This document shows positions 1-13,294 of a stretch of 64,000 nt of DNA, in pieces. The translations under genes were made by a program, and so were the position numbers. The stretch spans positions 61,630,001 through 61,694,000 of the forward strand of contig NC_091480.1 of the NCBI RefSeq assembly GCF_036971445.1, in the 5' to 3' direction. Source of the stretch: Narcine bancroftii. Lineage: Eukaryota. The notes under the pieces were generated by a model. That model saw nothing but the letters and a program-made list of their open reading frames with translations, had not been told where the DNA came from and made no database searches. The first letter of the stretch is position 1, and the number at the start of each line of letters is the position of its first letter.

Positions 1-92
1 AGTAAACGACACTGTATATATTTGAAAAGGAAAATGTATGTATCTTGATCAATGTGGTTTATAGTGTGAAAAATAAAAAAATTTAAAAAAAA
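1..92 (+). mobile_element. L1-clade LINE 3' UTR/A-rich tail
   Basis: Reverse complement of the 3' tail of the L1 at 53491-53580 (ttttcacactataaaccacattgatcaagatacatacattttcc...). Confidence 0.8.
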
Positions 93-499
93 TTATATCG
101 GACCCCACAGAAGTTGACAGATCAAAAGCTGAAATTTCAGAGATGTGTTTTAGATGCAGGACTGAGACAGGAACTTTTTTACATACCACGAGATCATAAA
201 GGTGAGGCCATTTTGGCAAGATATCGCAGAAAAATTAACCACTATAACAGGAGTGGCCTTCACGGGCAACCCAGAGCTGTATTGACTTGGTAATTTCGTG
301 GAAAATAGAGACAAATTGACCAAATATCAAATTTCATTTATAAAAGTAGCACTGGCGGTGGTGAAAAAATGTATCACGCTCACTTGGACATCCGACTCCC
401 CTCTACTTATAGCACAATGGACCATGGAAATGAACAGCTGTAAACTATGGGGAAAATCACATCTAACTTAAAGAATGAATGTGACACTTTTGTAAAGGC
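93..499 (+). mobile_element. Degenerate L1-clade ORF2 C-terminal fragment
   Basis: Broken translation YRTPQKL...MCFRCRTETGTFLH...VALAVVKKCI resembles the Cys-rich C-terminus of the L1 ORF at 53736-54554. Confidence 0.55.
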
Positions 500-893
500 T
501 GTTAGAAACAGAAGTACCTTCACAGAATTTGCTCGAGACAAAAATTGAGAACAAAGAACATTTATTATACAACAATGCAAAGTTGGGTGCTTCCCCTTAC
601 CCTGGGAATACACACACACACTGGGGCTCACCCAACTTTTATACAGTTGATTTCAGTATAGGAATACCCTCCCCCTTACATTCTTCTGCCTCCTGGATAG
701 GTTTGGCATTAGGCAATCCTGCCTGCCTACGTGCTGTTTCTGTGAACTTGGAGGACCAGGGGGTATCCTGTCGGTGTCTCATCATGTCATTGTCCTTATT
801 GTCCTTATTCTCAAACCTGTCTTTGTTCTAATTTACACCTTCCCAACTCTCAGGGCTACAACCTCTTCATATGTAGAACTTAATAGTCTCGGG

Positions 894-1795
894 CACACAT
901 GTCAAACTCTGGCCCGCGGGCCATATTTGGCCTGCGATATAATTATATTTGGCCCGCAAAATCATATTAAATATATATTAGAGTTGGCCCGCTGGCCGCC
1001 GCGCAAGTATAGCACATGCACAGCAGCAGGCACCACCATAGTAGTTTTTAGCACTTCCACAGCAGGGACAGCAGTACACCGATATAGTTAACGGGAACGT
1101 TAATTAGATATTCACAGCGACGCCAATACAACGGACCCGCCGCCTAGCTCCAACGCACCCGCCGCCTAGCTCCAACGGACCCGCCGCCTAGCTCCAACGG
1201 ACCCGCCGCCTAGCTCCAACGGACCCGCCGCCTAGCTACAACGGACCCGCCGCCTAGCTCCAACGTCTCCTTGAGCTTCATATGTGGGTGGGTGCTGCTG
1301 GCCATCGGACTTTCCGCTGGGGTGGAGGTCGCGGATGAGTTCCACCGCTCTCACAGTATTCCCGGTGAGATGGCGAGACCAGCGGGGACTCCTTGGGTTG
1401 TTGGGGGCGGTTGCGGCAGGGAGAGGCGGGGGCGGAGGAGGGAGAGGGGGCGGGGGGGGTGCCGCTCGGGTTTGCTGGCTGGGCTGGGGAGGGCTCCCTG
1501 CAGACCTTCGCTCCCTGGCATGCTTCTCGGCAACGTGCGATCCTTGGCTTAAAGGCTAGAGAGAAATATTATTTATTGAATATTTTATTTCTTATTTGTT
1601 AATGCTTCTTATGGAAAGAGTTTAACCAAAACTATTATTAAACATTTATTTTAATAAGAAAAAGTTTAACATTGCATATGTTGAGAGAAAACATGCAGAT
1701 GTTGTTGAAAATTTTCAATAAATATTTAGTTCGGCTCTCGACTTAGTCCAAGTTTTTAATTTTGGCCCTCGGTGAATTTGCGTTTGACACCCCTG
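894..1795. mobile_element. hAT/Charlie-type non-autonomous DNA transposon (MITE)
   Basis: Termini cacacatgtcaaac...gtttgacacccctg; 8-bp TSD gtctcggg/gtctaggg; the empty site is visible in the LTR at about 11120. Confidence 0.88.
1129..1264. repeat. 22-bp minisatellite (caacggacccgccgcctagctc), about 6 units
   Basis: Direct tandem units; about 13 units in the paralogous MITE at 27201-27491. Confidence 0.95.
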
Positions 1796-2073
1796 GTCTA
1801 GGGCTTACTAATTACATATGCAAAACCTGCTAATTCTATCTAGGGCTAGAAGACCCTTATCTTATTCAGACTAACTCTACTTCCTACATTCCAATATCCA
1901 TTTCTTATCCTATTCATACTGGCTTTATTCATTTACCCATATATCGATATTAGTTTCCTCATCTTCATATTTTTATATCAGTTTCACTCATCTCTCACAA
2001 TCCTCACTTTTCTTTTAGATCAGTAATACTGATCTCTCAACTGAAATGTATTACTTGCAAACTTGGTCTTTTT

Positions 2074-3898
2074 CCCAGCTGGTCAGTAAACGAACTGCAG
2101 TCTCAGTATCATCAGACAGAATGAGGGAAACATACATCCTTTGGATTATAGTGTTCTGACGAGGAGTTTGATGAATTAAATACTGCACACAAGTCTTTAG
2201 GCAGGGGAGCACCATAATGGTCAGAATAGCGAGTCCAGCTGCTATAAGGGCTGTGGGTATCAGACTCCAGTTACCAATAAAAAGTCTAGTTCATCCCACA
2301 CCGGACCAAGGTTGCCACGTCTGAATCTGGGCATGGGAAGATTTTTGAACTCCTGAAAAAGTGTCTTTAACCGCCTGACCGTTGTGAGCATTGTCATTAA
2401 CCAGTCTTTCACAAACGCTGCCTTCAGCAGTGTCGGACTCTGGCTTTATCTTACTCTTAATTTAGTCTATGTGTGGTCTGAGTCCAGCGTGTTCTTTGAA
2501 TGAAGTGATAGGAGAAGGTATTCGGTTCAACAGTCAATTTATTACACAGCTAAGAATAAAGCTTAACAGAGCTCTGGTTCAGTCGTTAGTTCATAGGTCA
2601 CCTGCACAGTGAGCTATTCCCCAAGACTGACCTCTACTGTCCAGTCTCTACAGTTTATATAGATCAACCTTATCATACAGAACAAAAGTTGGCTTCCTTT
2701 GCTAGACCTTTTTGCATAAGGGTTATCACAAGTCATCTCCTGTTTTGCAGATATCTGGGGTGTAGCGCTCCCATCTTAATCATCCAGGCCAGACTATCCT
2801 GTTGTTTTGATTAGAAATTGATCATCCCCAGATATTTCTAATTACCATTCTGTTCCTGTCTGGCCAATTTCTGCTGTTCTCTTTAACACCTCCTCATGCC
2901 TTAATCTTCCTCCTAGACTGGTTTTCCATTCGTTTCTTGCAGGACATTGTTCTGGTCTGGCCTATGTCTCCTGTGCTACTCACCACCTCCTTCAGTTTGA
3001 GCATTCCTCCTAAATCGTTTTATGCATTTCCTCTCCCTGTATTTGGGAGCGGACAATTTTGCTCAGCCAACTTTGCTCCATGCTGTGATTGCCACTTAAT
3101 CACATTCCTCTTTTCCCCTGAACCATGCAGTAAAATTATTAATTAATCATTTCTTTCATAATGTTTTAACCCCTAGATTCCAACAGCAGCCAACGAGTAA
3201 TCGAGAGCCAGGCGGTTTTGTTGAACTGTGGCTCGTATCTGTCATTTTTCTTCAGCCCCTAAATTCAGGGCCATTGCTATCTGTTCGGTGATGATCTCCA
3301 AGGCTGCCTGGAGTCTGATTCAACTTACTTCGTTTACAGCTGGAACTCCCCTTACAGTGGTGGTTTTTTTAACATTCCGAATATCTGTGTGACCCAAAGG
3401 ATGCTTTACAGGAGACCAAGTTGGGGAGGGGTGTTTCTTGTCACTTAACCTGAGAGTTGCAGCTTATCTGCGAACATTAGCATAAGTATCACTGAGCCTG
3501 TGAGTTGCAGCCTGTCTGTGAACATTAGCATAAGTATTAACTCTATCTCTGCCATATGTACAATCCTGACTACCATTCTGTCTGTCTTTGTCCCACCATC
3601 TCCTTTGTGCTATCCCTTTAAAACTCCTCTCTTTAATACCTGTAGAGGCCAAAATACAAATCAAATCTACTCCTCTAGAGCCTTTCTGTTCCCCTGGTCC
3701 ATGTTGGGATCCTATATTAACCCATACCCCACTATGACTATACTTTATATCTATGCCCTGTCTACATTCTAAAGGTAAATAATTGTCACCTCTGCTGCCC
3801 CTATTCCAGGAGGACTTAATACATTGTGAGTAATTTAGGGATGTCCCAAAAACGGGGAACCAACAAGTAAACAATACAGTAAATGGTAAAAACAACAT
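2074..3898 (-). pseudogene. env: ERV-A1 env remnant with large deletions
   Basis: Signal-peptide-like start MLFLPFTVLFTCWF, IRLQAALEII and QQNRLALDY segments, TM helix; split by the solo LTR at 2431-3185. Confidence 0.85.
2431..3185 (-). mobile_element. Solo LTR of the ERV-B family
   Basis: Homologous to 12521-13291; TG..CA ends; 4-bp TSD gcag; the empty site is present in A2 at about 26035. Confidence 0.93.
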
Positions 3899-3899
3899 T

Positions 3900-6518
3900 A
3901 CAGCACTTTTTACCTGCGTAGTGTAACTTTCAGATCAGAAGGATGAAGGACAGCACGCCCGGTGGAGGGTAGATTATCAATGTCTTTAGTCCGTGGATCA
4001 GCAGCTTGTTTAATTAGTTGTATTTGAGTCCACCCCTTTTCTTTCATTCACACTGCAGTGTCTGTAATCAAAAGTACACAATAGGGGCCATCCCAGACAG
4101 GTTTTAGTTGGTGATCTTGCCATGCTTTTACATATACCCAATCACCAGGTTTAATAGAATGAATAGGATACTCCAGGGGTGGGCAGTAACAGCTGCATGT
4201 CTATTTTCTCCGTGAGCGCAGCCTGTTTGGCAGCTGCATCTGCCTGTCTGTTCCCCTGTGCTTCAGGACTGTCACCACTTTGATGGCTCCGTACATGAAC
4301 TACAGCTATTTCCTCAGGTAATGTAAGAGCATCTAGAGATTGGACAATTAAGTTTTCATGGATCAACTTTTGTCCTTTTCCAGTTATCATTCCCCGCTCT
4401 TTCCAGATCTTCCCAAAGGTGTGCACTACACCAAAAGCATACTCTGAGTCTGTGTAGATTGTGCCCACCTTGTTCTCTAGACCCTGGAGAGCTCTACAGA
4501 GGGCATACAATTCACAAGATTGTGCTGACCAATGACCGGGAAGGTGACCGGCTTCAATCACTACTCCTTCTTTCCCATCCACTACACTATACCCGCTATA
4601 GCGAGTGCCATCAATGCAACGAGAAGATCCATCAATAAACCACCTTTCACCCTCCTGTAAAGGCTCATCACTTAAATCCTCTCTAATTTTGGTCTGTAAA
4701 TCTATTACCTCTAAACATACATGCTCTAACTCATTTATGGTATTGTCAGAATTTGGAGAAACCAAGAAAGCTGCTGGATTGTGTTCTTTATTCGTAATCA
4801 GGGTCAAATCATCCCTATCCATTAGGATCGCTTCATATTTTAAAATTCTAGAGTCTGTGAGTCACCTTCCAGCATGTTGTAAGAGAATATTGCGGACTGT
4901 GTGAGGGGTGTGAACTATCATCGGGGCACCAAACATAATATTTTGTCCTTCCTCATCTAAAATAGCAGTGGCTGCGATGGCTTGCACACACTCTGGCCAA
5001 CCACGACAAACAGGGTCTAAAACGTTTGACAGAAAAGCAACTGGCTGTCTACAGCCTGCCCTCTCTTGTGTTAGTACTCCGGTGGCTACACCTCCTTTCG
5101 CATTGGTATATAGGTCAAATGGCTTATTTAGGTTGGGTAAAGCCAACACTGGGGCACTAATAAGTTAAAATCTTTAATCTCTTCCTCTGTCCAGACAACA
5201 GCTTCGCCCCCTAGAATCGTGAGTTTATCATAGAGAAATCTGACCAGGCTAGAATAATTTTCAATCCAGATTCTACAGTATCCCACTAAACCAAGGAATT
5301 TCCTAAGTTCTTGGGGATTCTTGGGAGGGAGGATCTGTAGAATACCACGTATCCTCTCTGGACTTATTTTCCTAGTTCCCTGACTTACCAGATGACCTAA
5401 GTATTTAACTTCTGATTGAACAAATTGTAATTTGGATTCGCTCACCCTGAGACCCTTATTCTCCAGAAAATTCAAAAGTTCAACAGTATACTGTTTAACT
5501 AATTTGTAAGTTTTTCTCGTAATTAACAAATCATCAACATATTGTATCAACTGACAATTTTCTCTCCTAGGAGCCTCATCTAATATTTGTTCTAAGACCT
5601 GGCCGAATAAATTTGGTGATTCTGTAAAGCCCTGGGGAAGGACCGTCCACTGGTATTGATTCTTGCGTCCAGTAAAAGGATTTTCCCATTCAAAAGCAAA
5701 CATGTCTCTGCTCTCTGTTGCTAATGGACAGGTCCAGAAAGCATCTTTGAGGTCAATCACACTAAATCATTTACTATGGGGATCGATTTTACCCATTATT
5801 ATATAGGGATTAGGTACAACCGGGTGACGGGTCAGAATAATTTTGTTCAGCTCCCTCAAGTCCTGCACTAATCGATAGGTACCGACTGGTTTTTTTGGAC
5901 AGGTAAAATTGGGGTATTAAAAGGTGACATACAAGGTTCGAGTATACCATCTTTTACCAACTGGTCAATTACTGGCTGCAGCCCCTTTCGGCCAGCCATA
6001 GGAATTGGATGCGGTTTCCGTCTAATTACTTGTTCAGAATCTTTTAAAGTAACTTGCAGGGGAGGAATATCTAATACTCCTTTATTGCCTCTTTCTGCCC
6101 ATACTCCAGGATTTATTAGTTCTCGATCTTCCTCGCTTAATACATACAATTGAACCCTGATACCTGATTCCTGTGGTCTGGTGCCGATAGCCAATTGGTC
6201 CTGTAAATCTCGTCCTAACAAACAAACTCCAGCTTGGGGAACTAGTAAAATATCCTCTGTTATTACCTTTTCTCCCATTTGTATTCTTACATCTCTTAAT
6301 ACAGGGACCGTAAAGTCTCTTCCTCCTACTCCCGAAATCATCACGGTCCCCTCTATCTTAACACCCTCGGGTGGTTGTAAAATACTAGACCGGGCTGCCC
6401 CAGAATCTACTAAATATACCATCTTGTCACTGTGGGGTCCTATGCTTAAATTTACCAATGGTTCTCCATGCAGCCCCACGGTGTGTATTGACTGAGAACC
6501 GTGACCCCCCCTATTCAT
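3900..6518 (-). pseudogene. pol: ERV-A1 pro-pol (PR, RT, RNase H; integrase core deleted)
   Basis: LVDSGA, LPQGF, YVDD, FIDGSS, YTDSEY and GNRQAD motifs spread over frameshifted ORFs; only the integrase C-terminal WDGPY remnant is left. Confidence 0.93.
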
Positions 6519-6532
6519 AATCTGCTTCCATC

Positions 6533-7327
6533 TGTCGGACTCTGGCTTTACCCTACCCTTAATTTAGTCTATGTGTCGTCTGAGTCCAGCGTGTTTGTTA
6601 AATGAAGTGATTGGAAAATCAGTTTATTACACAGCATAAGAATAAAGCTTAACAGAGCTCTGGTTCAGTCGTTAGTTCATAGGTCACCTGCACAGTGAGC
6701 TATTCCCCAAGACTGACCTCTAGTGTCCAGTCTCTACAGTTTATATAGCTCAACCTTATCATACAGAACAAAAGTTGGCTTTCTTTGCTAGATTTCTTGC
6801 ATAAGATTTATCACAAGTAATTTCCTGCTCTGCAGTTATCTGGGGTGTAGAGCTCCCATCTTTTTTTAATCCTCAAGGTCAGAATATCCTGTTGTTTTGA
6901 TCAGAAATCAATTCATACCCCAGATATTTCTAATTATGAATATTTGTTCTCATCTGGCCATATTCTTCTGTTCTACTCAACACCTCCTTCTGTCTATCTT
7001 ACTGATTCCATTCTCTTTGTTTCTGACAGTCTCTGTCAGGATTCTTTTTGTTTGTGCTAATCAACACCTCCTTTTGCCTTAACTTCCTACTAAATTGTTT
7101 CATACATATCCTCTCTTTTGTATTTTGGGAGCAGGCAATTCTAAACCTACTGTAATCAGCCAACTTTGCTACATACTGTGGCTGCCCCTTACTTACATTA
7201 CTCTTTCCCTTCACCATGAGGTAAATATTAAATTGTTACATAGTACTGAATTCATGTATACAACCAATAGTACATAAGCATATATTCTACATATTTTCTA
7301 TGATTAATTAACCCCTATATTCCAACA
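6533..7327 (-). mobile_element. Solo LTR, ERV-B family variant B2
   Basis: TG..CA ends; TSD catc; R/U5 shared with LTR-B but U3 divergent; same insertion as 21400-22635. Confidence 0.92.
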
Positions 7328-7331
7328 CATC

Positions 7332-8450
7332 CGTGCGTAAGGTCGCGTCTCCCTGGCTTGCATTGGGCATTCTCTCTTAAAATGTCCCTCCTTCTACAAT
7401 GGTAGCAAACTAATGCTCCTGTTTCCCAGTTCCTACCGGGATTACCACGAGGTCCCGGGAACAGTCGTCGTCCCCGGAATTCCCCTCTACCCTTGCCCCT
7501 GCTCTGGTCTCTCCTCTCCCACTCCTGGAGCTCCTCCCAATGTCCAGGAGCTGGCACACAGCCCCTACCCTTTCCTTGCTGTCCCTCCACGACTTCCTTG
7601 ACTGCCTGCATCAAAATCTTAGCCTTTCCTTTCTGTTTATTGGGCATTCTCTCTTAAAATTACGCACCTCCGGACTAGTCAGGGGCACATTTACAAAACC
7701 GAGACCCCCTCCCATGGGAACTTTCCGTAAAGGTCTCATCCAGTTAATTTCTGGCTTATCCTCTCCTTTATAATGTCTAGATTCCTGCTCTCCGGGAAAT
7801 GAATCAAAGGGTTCTGCCCTTTCTTCCCGGAAGGTCTCACACTGCTCTGAATTAAAGTCGCCTCTCTCTCTTGTCAATAGAGGTGGTAATCGAGTACTTT
7901 GTGAAGGGTCATCATACCACCCCTACTTTCTTCTTTCTTTAGCTGTGCGGGAGGAGGGGAAGGTGCAGAAGGGTAGAGCATAGGAGGGGGGAGGGGGGGG
8001 AAAGATAGGAGCCGGCATAGGAGGAGCATAAGGTGGAGGAAGGGAATGTAACACATCCCATCCTTGTGTTTCAGGGACAAAAGGTTCCTTATCTTTCTTG
8101 TCCTTGCATTCCTTTTCATTCAAAACCAGTTGATCAAACGATCCCCTGAGCCAGCAGGCTGCATATTCCCTGCTCTCAAGATTATCTCTTTGGTTTTGAT
8201 AGAGCCAAATGTTCAATGCTTGACACATCCAGTCATCCTCAGATCCGAGCTTTTGCCAATATACTGAACTCCCTTTAATCGGACTTTTAACCCATTCCAA
8301 ACAGGAATACCTGACCATGGTCTGTTTGTCTTTCCCACGGGTTCTCCCCGCATCCCGATATGATAACATTAATCCTAACGGACTTTGCTTCGTTATCTGA
8401 TCCTCCTATCCTTCACTAGGACTCTCTTCTTTACTACTCTCACCTCCCAT
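7332..8450 (-). pseudogene. gag: ERV-A1 gag (MA and NC; capsid deleted)
   Basis: MGG start, SPLGLML, GSEDDWMCQALNIWL, PPPY late domain, frameshifted CCHC knuckle. Confidence 0.88.
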
Positions 8451-8662
8451 ACTAACAGGTAAGTAAAATTTCTCTTACCGAGATCCAGTAGCTAGTTCTA
8501 GCGCGCTTCCTTAATGTCCTCTCGTTGTTTGTTCTCAATACCTCTTCTCAGATATCACTCGCTTCATCCACTGACCAGTCACCCTTCGTCCATGAGTCCA
8601 GCTGAATCAGCTGGGGTGCACCTACCCCTGTCGTCAGGCACTCTGTCAGTGGAAGGAGTGGG

Positions 8663-8680
8663 ATCCCGGAGGAGACCCCA
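8663..8680 (-). promoter_or_regulatory. Primer-binding site, tRNA-Pro
   Basis: TGGGGTCTCCTCCGGGAT matches the canonical Pro PBS TGGGGGCTCGTCCGGGAT at 16/18, 2 nt from the LTR. Confidence 0.85.
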
Positions 8681-8682
8681 TT

Positions 8683-9263
8683 TGTTAGAAACAGAATTAC
8701 CTTCACTGAATTTGCTCGAAACAAAAATTGAGAACAAAGAACATTTATTACACAACAATGCAAAGTTGGGTGCTTCCCCTTACCCTGGGAATACACACAT
8801 ACACTGGGGCTCACCCAACTTTTATACAGTTTATTTCAGTATAGAAGTACCCTCCCCCTTACATTCTTCTGCCTCCTGGATGAGTTTGGCATTAGGCAAT
8901 CCTGTCTGCCTATGTGCTGTTTCTGTGAACTTGGAGGACCAGGGGGTATCCTGTCGGTGTCCCATCATGTCATTATCCTCATTGTCCTTATTCACAAACC
9001 TGCCTTTTTTCTACTTCACACCTTCCGGACTCTCAGGGCTACAACCTCTTCATATGCAGAACTTGCTAATACTGGCAGGGCTTACTAATTACATATGCGG
9101 AACTTGCTTTGGGCAAGAAGACCCTTATCTTATTCAGACTAACTTTACTTCCCACATTCTAATATCTATTCTTATCCTATTCATACTGGCTTTATTCATT
9201 ACACATATATCGATACTAGTTTCCTCATCTTCAGATTTTTATATCAGTTTTACTCATCTCACA
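8683..9263 (-). repeat. 5' LTR of ERV-A1
   Basis: TG..CA ends, TATA (tataaaa) and AATAAA on the minus strand, adjacent PBS. Confidence 0.92.
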
Positions 9264-9415
9264 ATGGTGAACGGGTCTGTATGTATGGGAGGGGGAGGGG
9301 GGAGGGACTGTTTTGTTTGTTGTGTTTGTGAGAAAAAGTTTAGTGTATTGTATATTTAAAATGTTACTTTTAAAAAAATTCAAAAATAAAATATTCAAAA
9401 TAAAATGTACACCGT

Positions 9416-9949
9416 TGTGAGAAGCAGAGGTGCCTTCACAGATTTCACTCGAGACAAAAATTGAGAACAAAGAACATTTATTTTAATTTTAAAATAAATT
9501 GCTCGAGACAAAAATTGAGAACAAAGAACATTTATTATACAACAATGCAAAATTGGGTGCTTCCCCTTACCCTGGGAAAACACACAGATACTGGGGCTCA
9601 CCCAACTTTTTATACATTTCATTTCAGTACAGAGGTACCTTCCCCCTTAACATTCTTCTGCTTCCTGGATTGGTTTAGCATTATGTAATTCTGCCTACGT
9701 GTATTCTAACTTCTTATCAGTTTATGTGCCTTTCTGCAAACTTGTTTACCAGGAAGTGTCATGTCTTTCTTACTCATTAATCAACCCCCAGGACTTGCTA
9801 AATCTATTTACTTGCTATCCTGTTTTTGAAGACCTCTATTTTATTATACTTGCTTAACCCTTGTTTAACCCATCATAATTCATTTTTACTTAGCCCCTGT
9901 TTGACTCCTTACAATCCATTCTTACTTAACCCTTGTTTGATCCCTTACA
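9416..9949 (-). repeat. 3' LTR of ERV-C
   Basis: Homologous to 39988-42045; a purine-rich PPT (aaagaaaaagggtggat) adjoins it on the minus strand. Confidence 0.9.
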
Positions 9950-10004
9950 ATCCACCCTTTTTCTTTAGCTACGCTTAGTAAACCCCCATTCGGGCAGTAT
10001 TCTT

Positions 10005-10925
10005 TTAATCTTGGTCCTTTTCCCAGCGAGTGAGTAAACGAACTGCGGCCTCAGCATCATCAAACGGAGTTTGGGAAGCATACATCATTTGGGTTGTAGT
10101 GACCTGGCGAAGGCCCCATTGAATTAAACACTGCACACAAGGCATTAGGCAGGGAATTATTATGAGGGCTAAAATAAAAAGCCCAGCCGCTATAAGGGCC
10201 GTGTGTATCCAGCTCCAGTCGCCAGTAAAAATTTTAGTCCACCATACACCGGACCAAGGATGCCAAGTCTGGACCGGGACATGGGAACATTTTTGAATTC
10301 CTGAAGAAATATTTTTTAGCACCTGGCCATTGTCATCAATCTTCAAGCAACAATTGGTAAGGTTCCATTTTCCACAGACGCCGCACTCAGCGGCCAATAA
10401 GTAATCAAGGGCCAGGCGATTTTGATAACCTGTAGCACGTATCTGTTGCTGCTCATCAGCCAATAAATCTAAGGCCGTCGCTGTCTGGTTGGTGATAATT
10501 TCCAAAACTGCCTGGAGTCTGATCAAGCGATTTAGTATATAAATGGGGGTTCGATATCCCCATGATCCATCCTGGGCCCAAGTAGCAGGGCCATAATATG
10601 AAATAATACATTCAGGGGCCAGTCTTCACCTCAATTTCCAATTTTAAGTTCTCTCTTTGGGTGAGTATCCTGAGGGGATTGTGGGATTAGGGACATATAT
10701 AGCTTGGTGGAAAGGTGGTGGTCGGCATGCAGAGGCAGTAAGACAAACTGAGGTTGAATGATTCCAATACCACAAGTGCCGCTCAAATCAGGTTCTAAAA
10801 AGGGATAAGCCATATTTGCACAAATCCAATATAAACCCTCTGGTGCATATCTATGTGGGATAGTCTGGTTCCAGATCTGCCGAAGCGAAGGGATGCCCCA
10901 GTAAGGATTTTCACCTGAACAGTTC
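10005..10925 (-). pseudogene. env: ERV-C env: SU C-terminus and TM (ERV3/HERV-I-like)
   Basis: [18 protein letters not shown], immunosuppressive domain [25 protein letters not shown] helix. Confidence 0.92.
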
Positions 10926-11519
10926 TGTGAGAGATGAGTAAAACTGATATAAAAATATGAAGATAAGGAAAGTAATATAGATATATGGGTAAATGAATAA
11001 AGCCAGTATGAACAGGATAAGAAATGGATATTAGAATGTAGGAAGCAGTCAGTCTGAGTAAGATAAGGGTCTTCTAGCCCTAGATAGAATTAGCAGGTTT
11101 TGCACATGTAATTAGTAAGCCCTAGACAGTATTAGCCAGTTCTACATATGAAGAGGTTGTAGCCCTTGAGGGTCGGGAAGGTGTAAATTAGAACAAAGAC
11201 AGGTTTGTGAATAAGGACAATGAGGATAATGACATGATGAGACACCGACAGGATACCCCCTGGTCCTCCAAGTTCACAGAAACAGCACGTAGGCAGGCAG
11301 GATTGCCTAATGCCAAACCTATCCAGGAGGCAGAAGAATGTAAGGGGGAGGGTATTCCTATACTGAAATAAACTGTATAAAAGTTGGGTGAGCCCCAGTG
11401 TATGTGTGTATTCCCAGGTTAAGGGGAAGCGTCCAACTTTGCATTGTTGTATAATAAAAGTTCTTTGTTCTCAATTTTTGTCTCTAGCAATTTCTGTGAA
11501 GGTACTTCTGTTTTTAACA
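10926..11519 (+). repeat. 5' LTR of ERV-A2
   Basis: TG..CA ends; TATA at about 11376; AATAAA at about 11453; PBS follows. Confidence 0.92.
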
Positions 11520-11751
11520 AATGGGGTCTCCTCCGGGATCCCACTCCCTCCACTGACAGATTGCCTGACGACGGGGGTAGGTGTACCCCAGCTGATTCAG
11601 CTGGACTCACGGACAAAGGGTGACTGGTCAGTGGATGAAGCGAGTGATATTCGAGAAGATGCATTGAGAACAAACAACGAGAGGACATTAAGGAAGCGCG
11701 CTAGAACTAGCTACTGGATCTCGGTAAGAGAAATTTTACTTACCTGTTAGT

Positions 11752-12520
11752 ATGGGAGGTGTGAGTAGTAAGGAAGAGAGTCCTAGTGAAGGATGGGAGG
11801 ATCAGATAACCAAGCAAAGTCCATTAGGATTAATGTTATCTGATTGGGGTGTGGGGAGAACCCGTGGGAAGGACAAACAGACCATGGTCAGGTATTCCTG
11901 TTTGGAATGGGTTAAAAGTCCGATTAAAGGGAGTTCAGTATATTGGCCAAAGCTCGGATCCGAGGATGACTGGATGTATCAAACATTGAACATCTGGCTC
12001 TATCAAAACCAAAGAGATAATCTTGAGAGTAGGGAATATGCAACCTGCTGGCTCAGGGGATCATTTGATCAACAGGTTTTGAATGAAAAGGAATGCAAGG
12101 ACAAGAAAGATAAGGAACCTTTTGTCCCTGAAACACAAGGATGGGATGTGTTACATTTCCTTCCTCCACCTTATGCTCCTCCTATGCCGGCTCCTATCTT
12201 CCCCCCCACCCCCCCCCCCCCCACCCCCGTCCTATGCTCTTCTACCCTTCTGCACCTTCCCCTCCTCTCCCACAGCTAAAGAAAGGAGAAGAAAGTAGGG
12301 GTGGTATGATGACCCTTCACAAAGTACTCGATTACCACCTCTATTGACAAGAGAGAGAGGCGACTTTAATTCAGAGCAGTGTGAGACCCTCCAGGATGAA
12401 AGGGCAGAACCCTTTGATTCACTTCCCAGAGAGCAGGAACCTAGACATAATAAGCCAGAAACTAACTGGATGAGACCTTTACGGAAAGTTCCCATGGGAG
12501 TGGGTCTCGGTTTTGTAAAT
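11752..12520 (+). pseudogene. gag: ERV-A2 gag 5' part (continues at 21039-21395)
   Basis: MGGVSSKEES...WPKLGSEDDW...PPPY...GFVN, interrupted by ERV-B and resuming as VPLTSPEVRNF. Confidence 0.88.
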
Positions 12521-13291
12521 TGTTGGAATCTAGAAGTTAAAACATTATGAAAGAAATGATTAATTAATAATTTTATATTTACTGCATGGTTCAGGGAAAA
12601 AGAGGGATGTGATTAAGTGGCAATCACAGCATGGAGCAAAGTTGGCTGAGCAAAATTGTCTGCTCTCAAATACAGGGAGAGGAAATGCATAAAACGATTT
12701 AGAGGAATGCTCAAACTGAAGGAGGTGGTGAGTAGCACAGGAGACACAGGCCTGACCAGAACAAAGAATGGCCTGCAAGAAACAAAGGGAATGGAAAACC
12801 AGTCTAGGAGGAAGATTAAGGCAGGAGGAGGTGTTAAAGAGTACAGCAGAAACTGGCCAGACAGGAACAGAATGGTGATTAGAAATATCTGGGGATGAAT
12901 TAATTTCTGATCAAAACAACAGGATAGTCTGGCCTGGAGGATTAAGATGGGAACGCTACACCCCAGATATCTGCAAAACAGGAGATGACTTGTGATAACC
13001 CTTATGCAAAAAGATCTAGCAAAGGAAGACAACTTTTGTTCTGTATGATAAGGTTGACCTATATAAACTGAGCCAACTGGACAATAGGGGTCAGTCTTGG
13101 GGAATAGCTCACTGTGCAGGTGACCTATGAACTAACGACTGACCCAGAGCTCTGTTAAGTTTTATTCTTGTGCTGTGTAATAAATTGACTGTTGAACCGA
13201 ATACCTTCTCCTATCACTTAATTCAAAGAACACGCTGGACTCAGACCACACATAGACTAAATTAAGAGTAAGGTAAAGCCAGAGTCCGAAA
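12521..13291 (+). repeat. 5' LTR of ERV-B
   Basis: Direct repeat of 20223-21034; TATA at about 13060; AATAAA at about 13179. Confidence 0.93.
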
Positions 13292-13294
13292 ATT

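Larger units (their letters stand above)
500..1999 (-). repeat. 3' LTR of ERV-A1, interrupted by a MITE
   Basis: Homologous to 8683-9263, 10926-11519 and 26465-28120; preceded on the minus strand by the PPT aaaagaaaagtgaggat. Confidence 0.92.
500..9263 (-). mobile_element. Defective class I (gamma-type) ERV, copy A1
   Basis: TG..CA LTRs at 8683-9263 and 500-1999, tRNA-Pro PBS, gag/pro/RT/RNase H/env remnants, PPT at about 2001-2016. Capsid, integrase core and much of env are deleted. No matching TSD (aggc vs atgg). Confidence 0.93.

Noticed and set aside
1270..1410. MITE cargo as a gypsy gag fragment
   Set aside because: The resemblance is vague and needs frameshifts; not supportable without a database search.
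496..9267. TSD for ERV-A1
   Set aside because: Flanks aggc and atgg do not match, so a clean integration cannot be claimed.
8514..9359. 281-aa plus-strand ORF, and similar ORFs at 529-831, 11419-11688 and 27789-28130
   Set aside because: Antisense to LTR/leader sequence; length and stops differ between LTR copies; no recognisable domain.
12656..12898. 80-aa basic ORF in U3 of LTR-B (possible accessory gene)
   Set aside because: TTG start; frame not consistently kept in variant B2; purine-rich composition favours chance ORFs.
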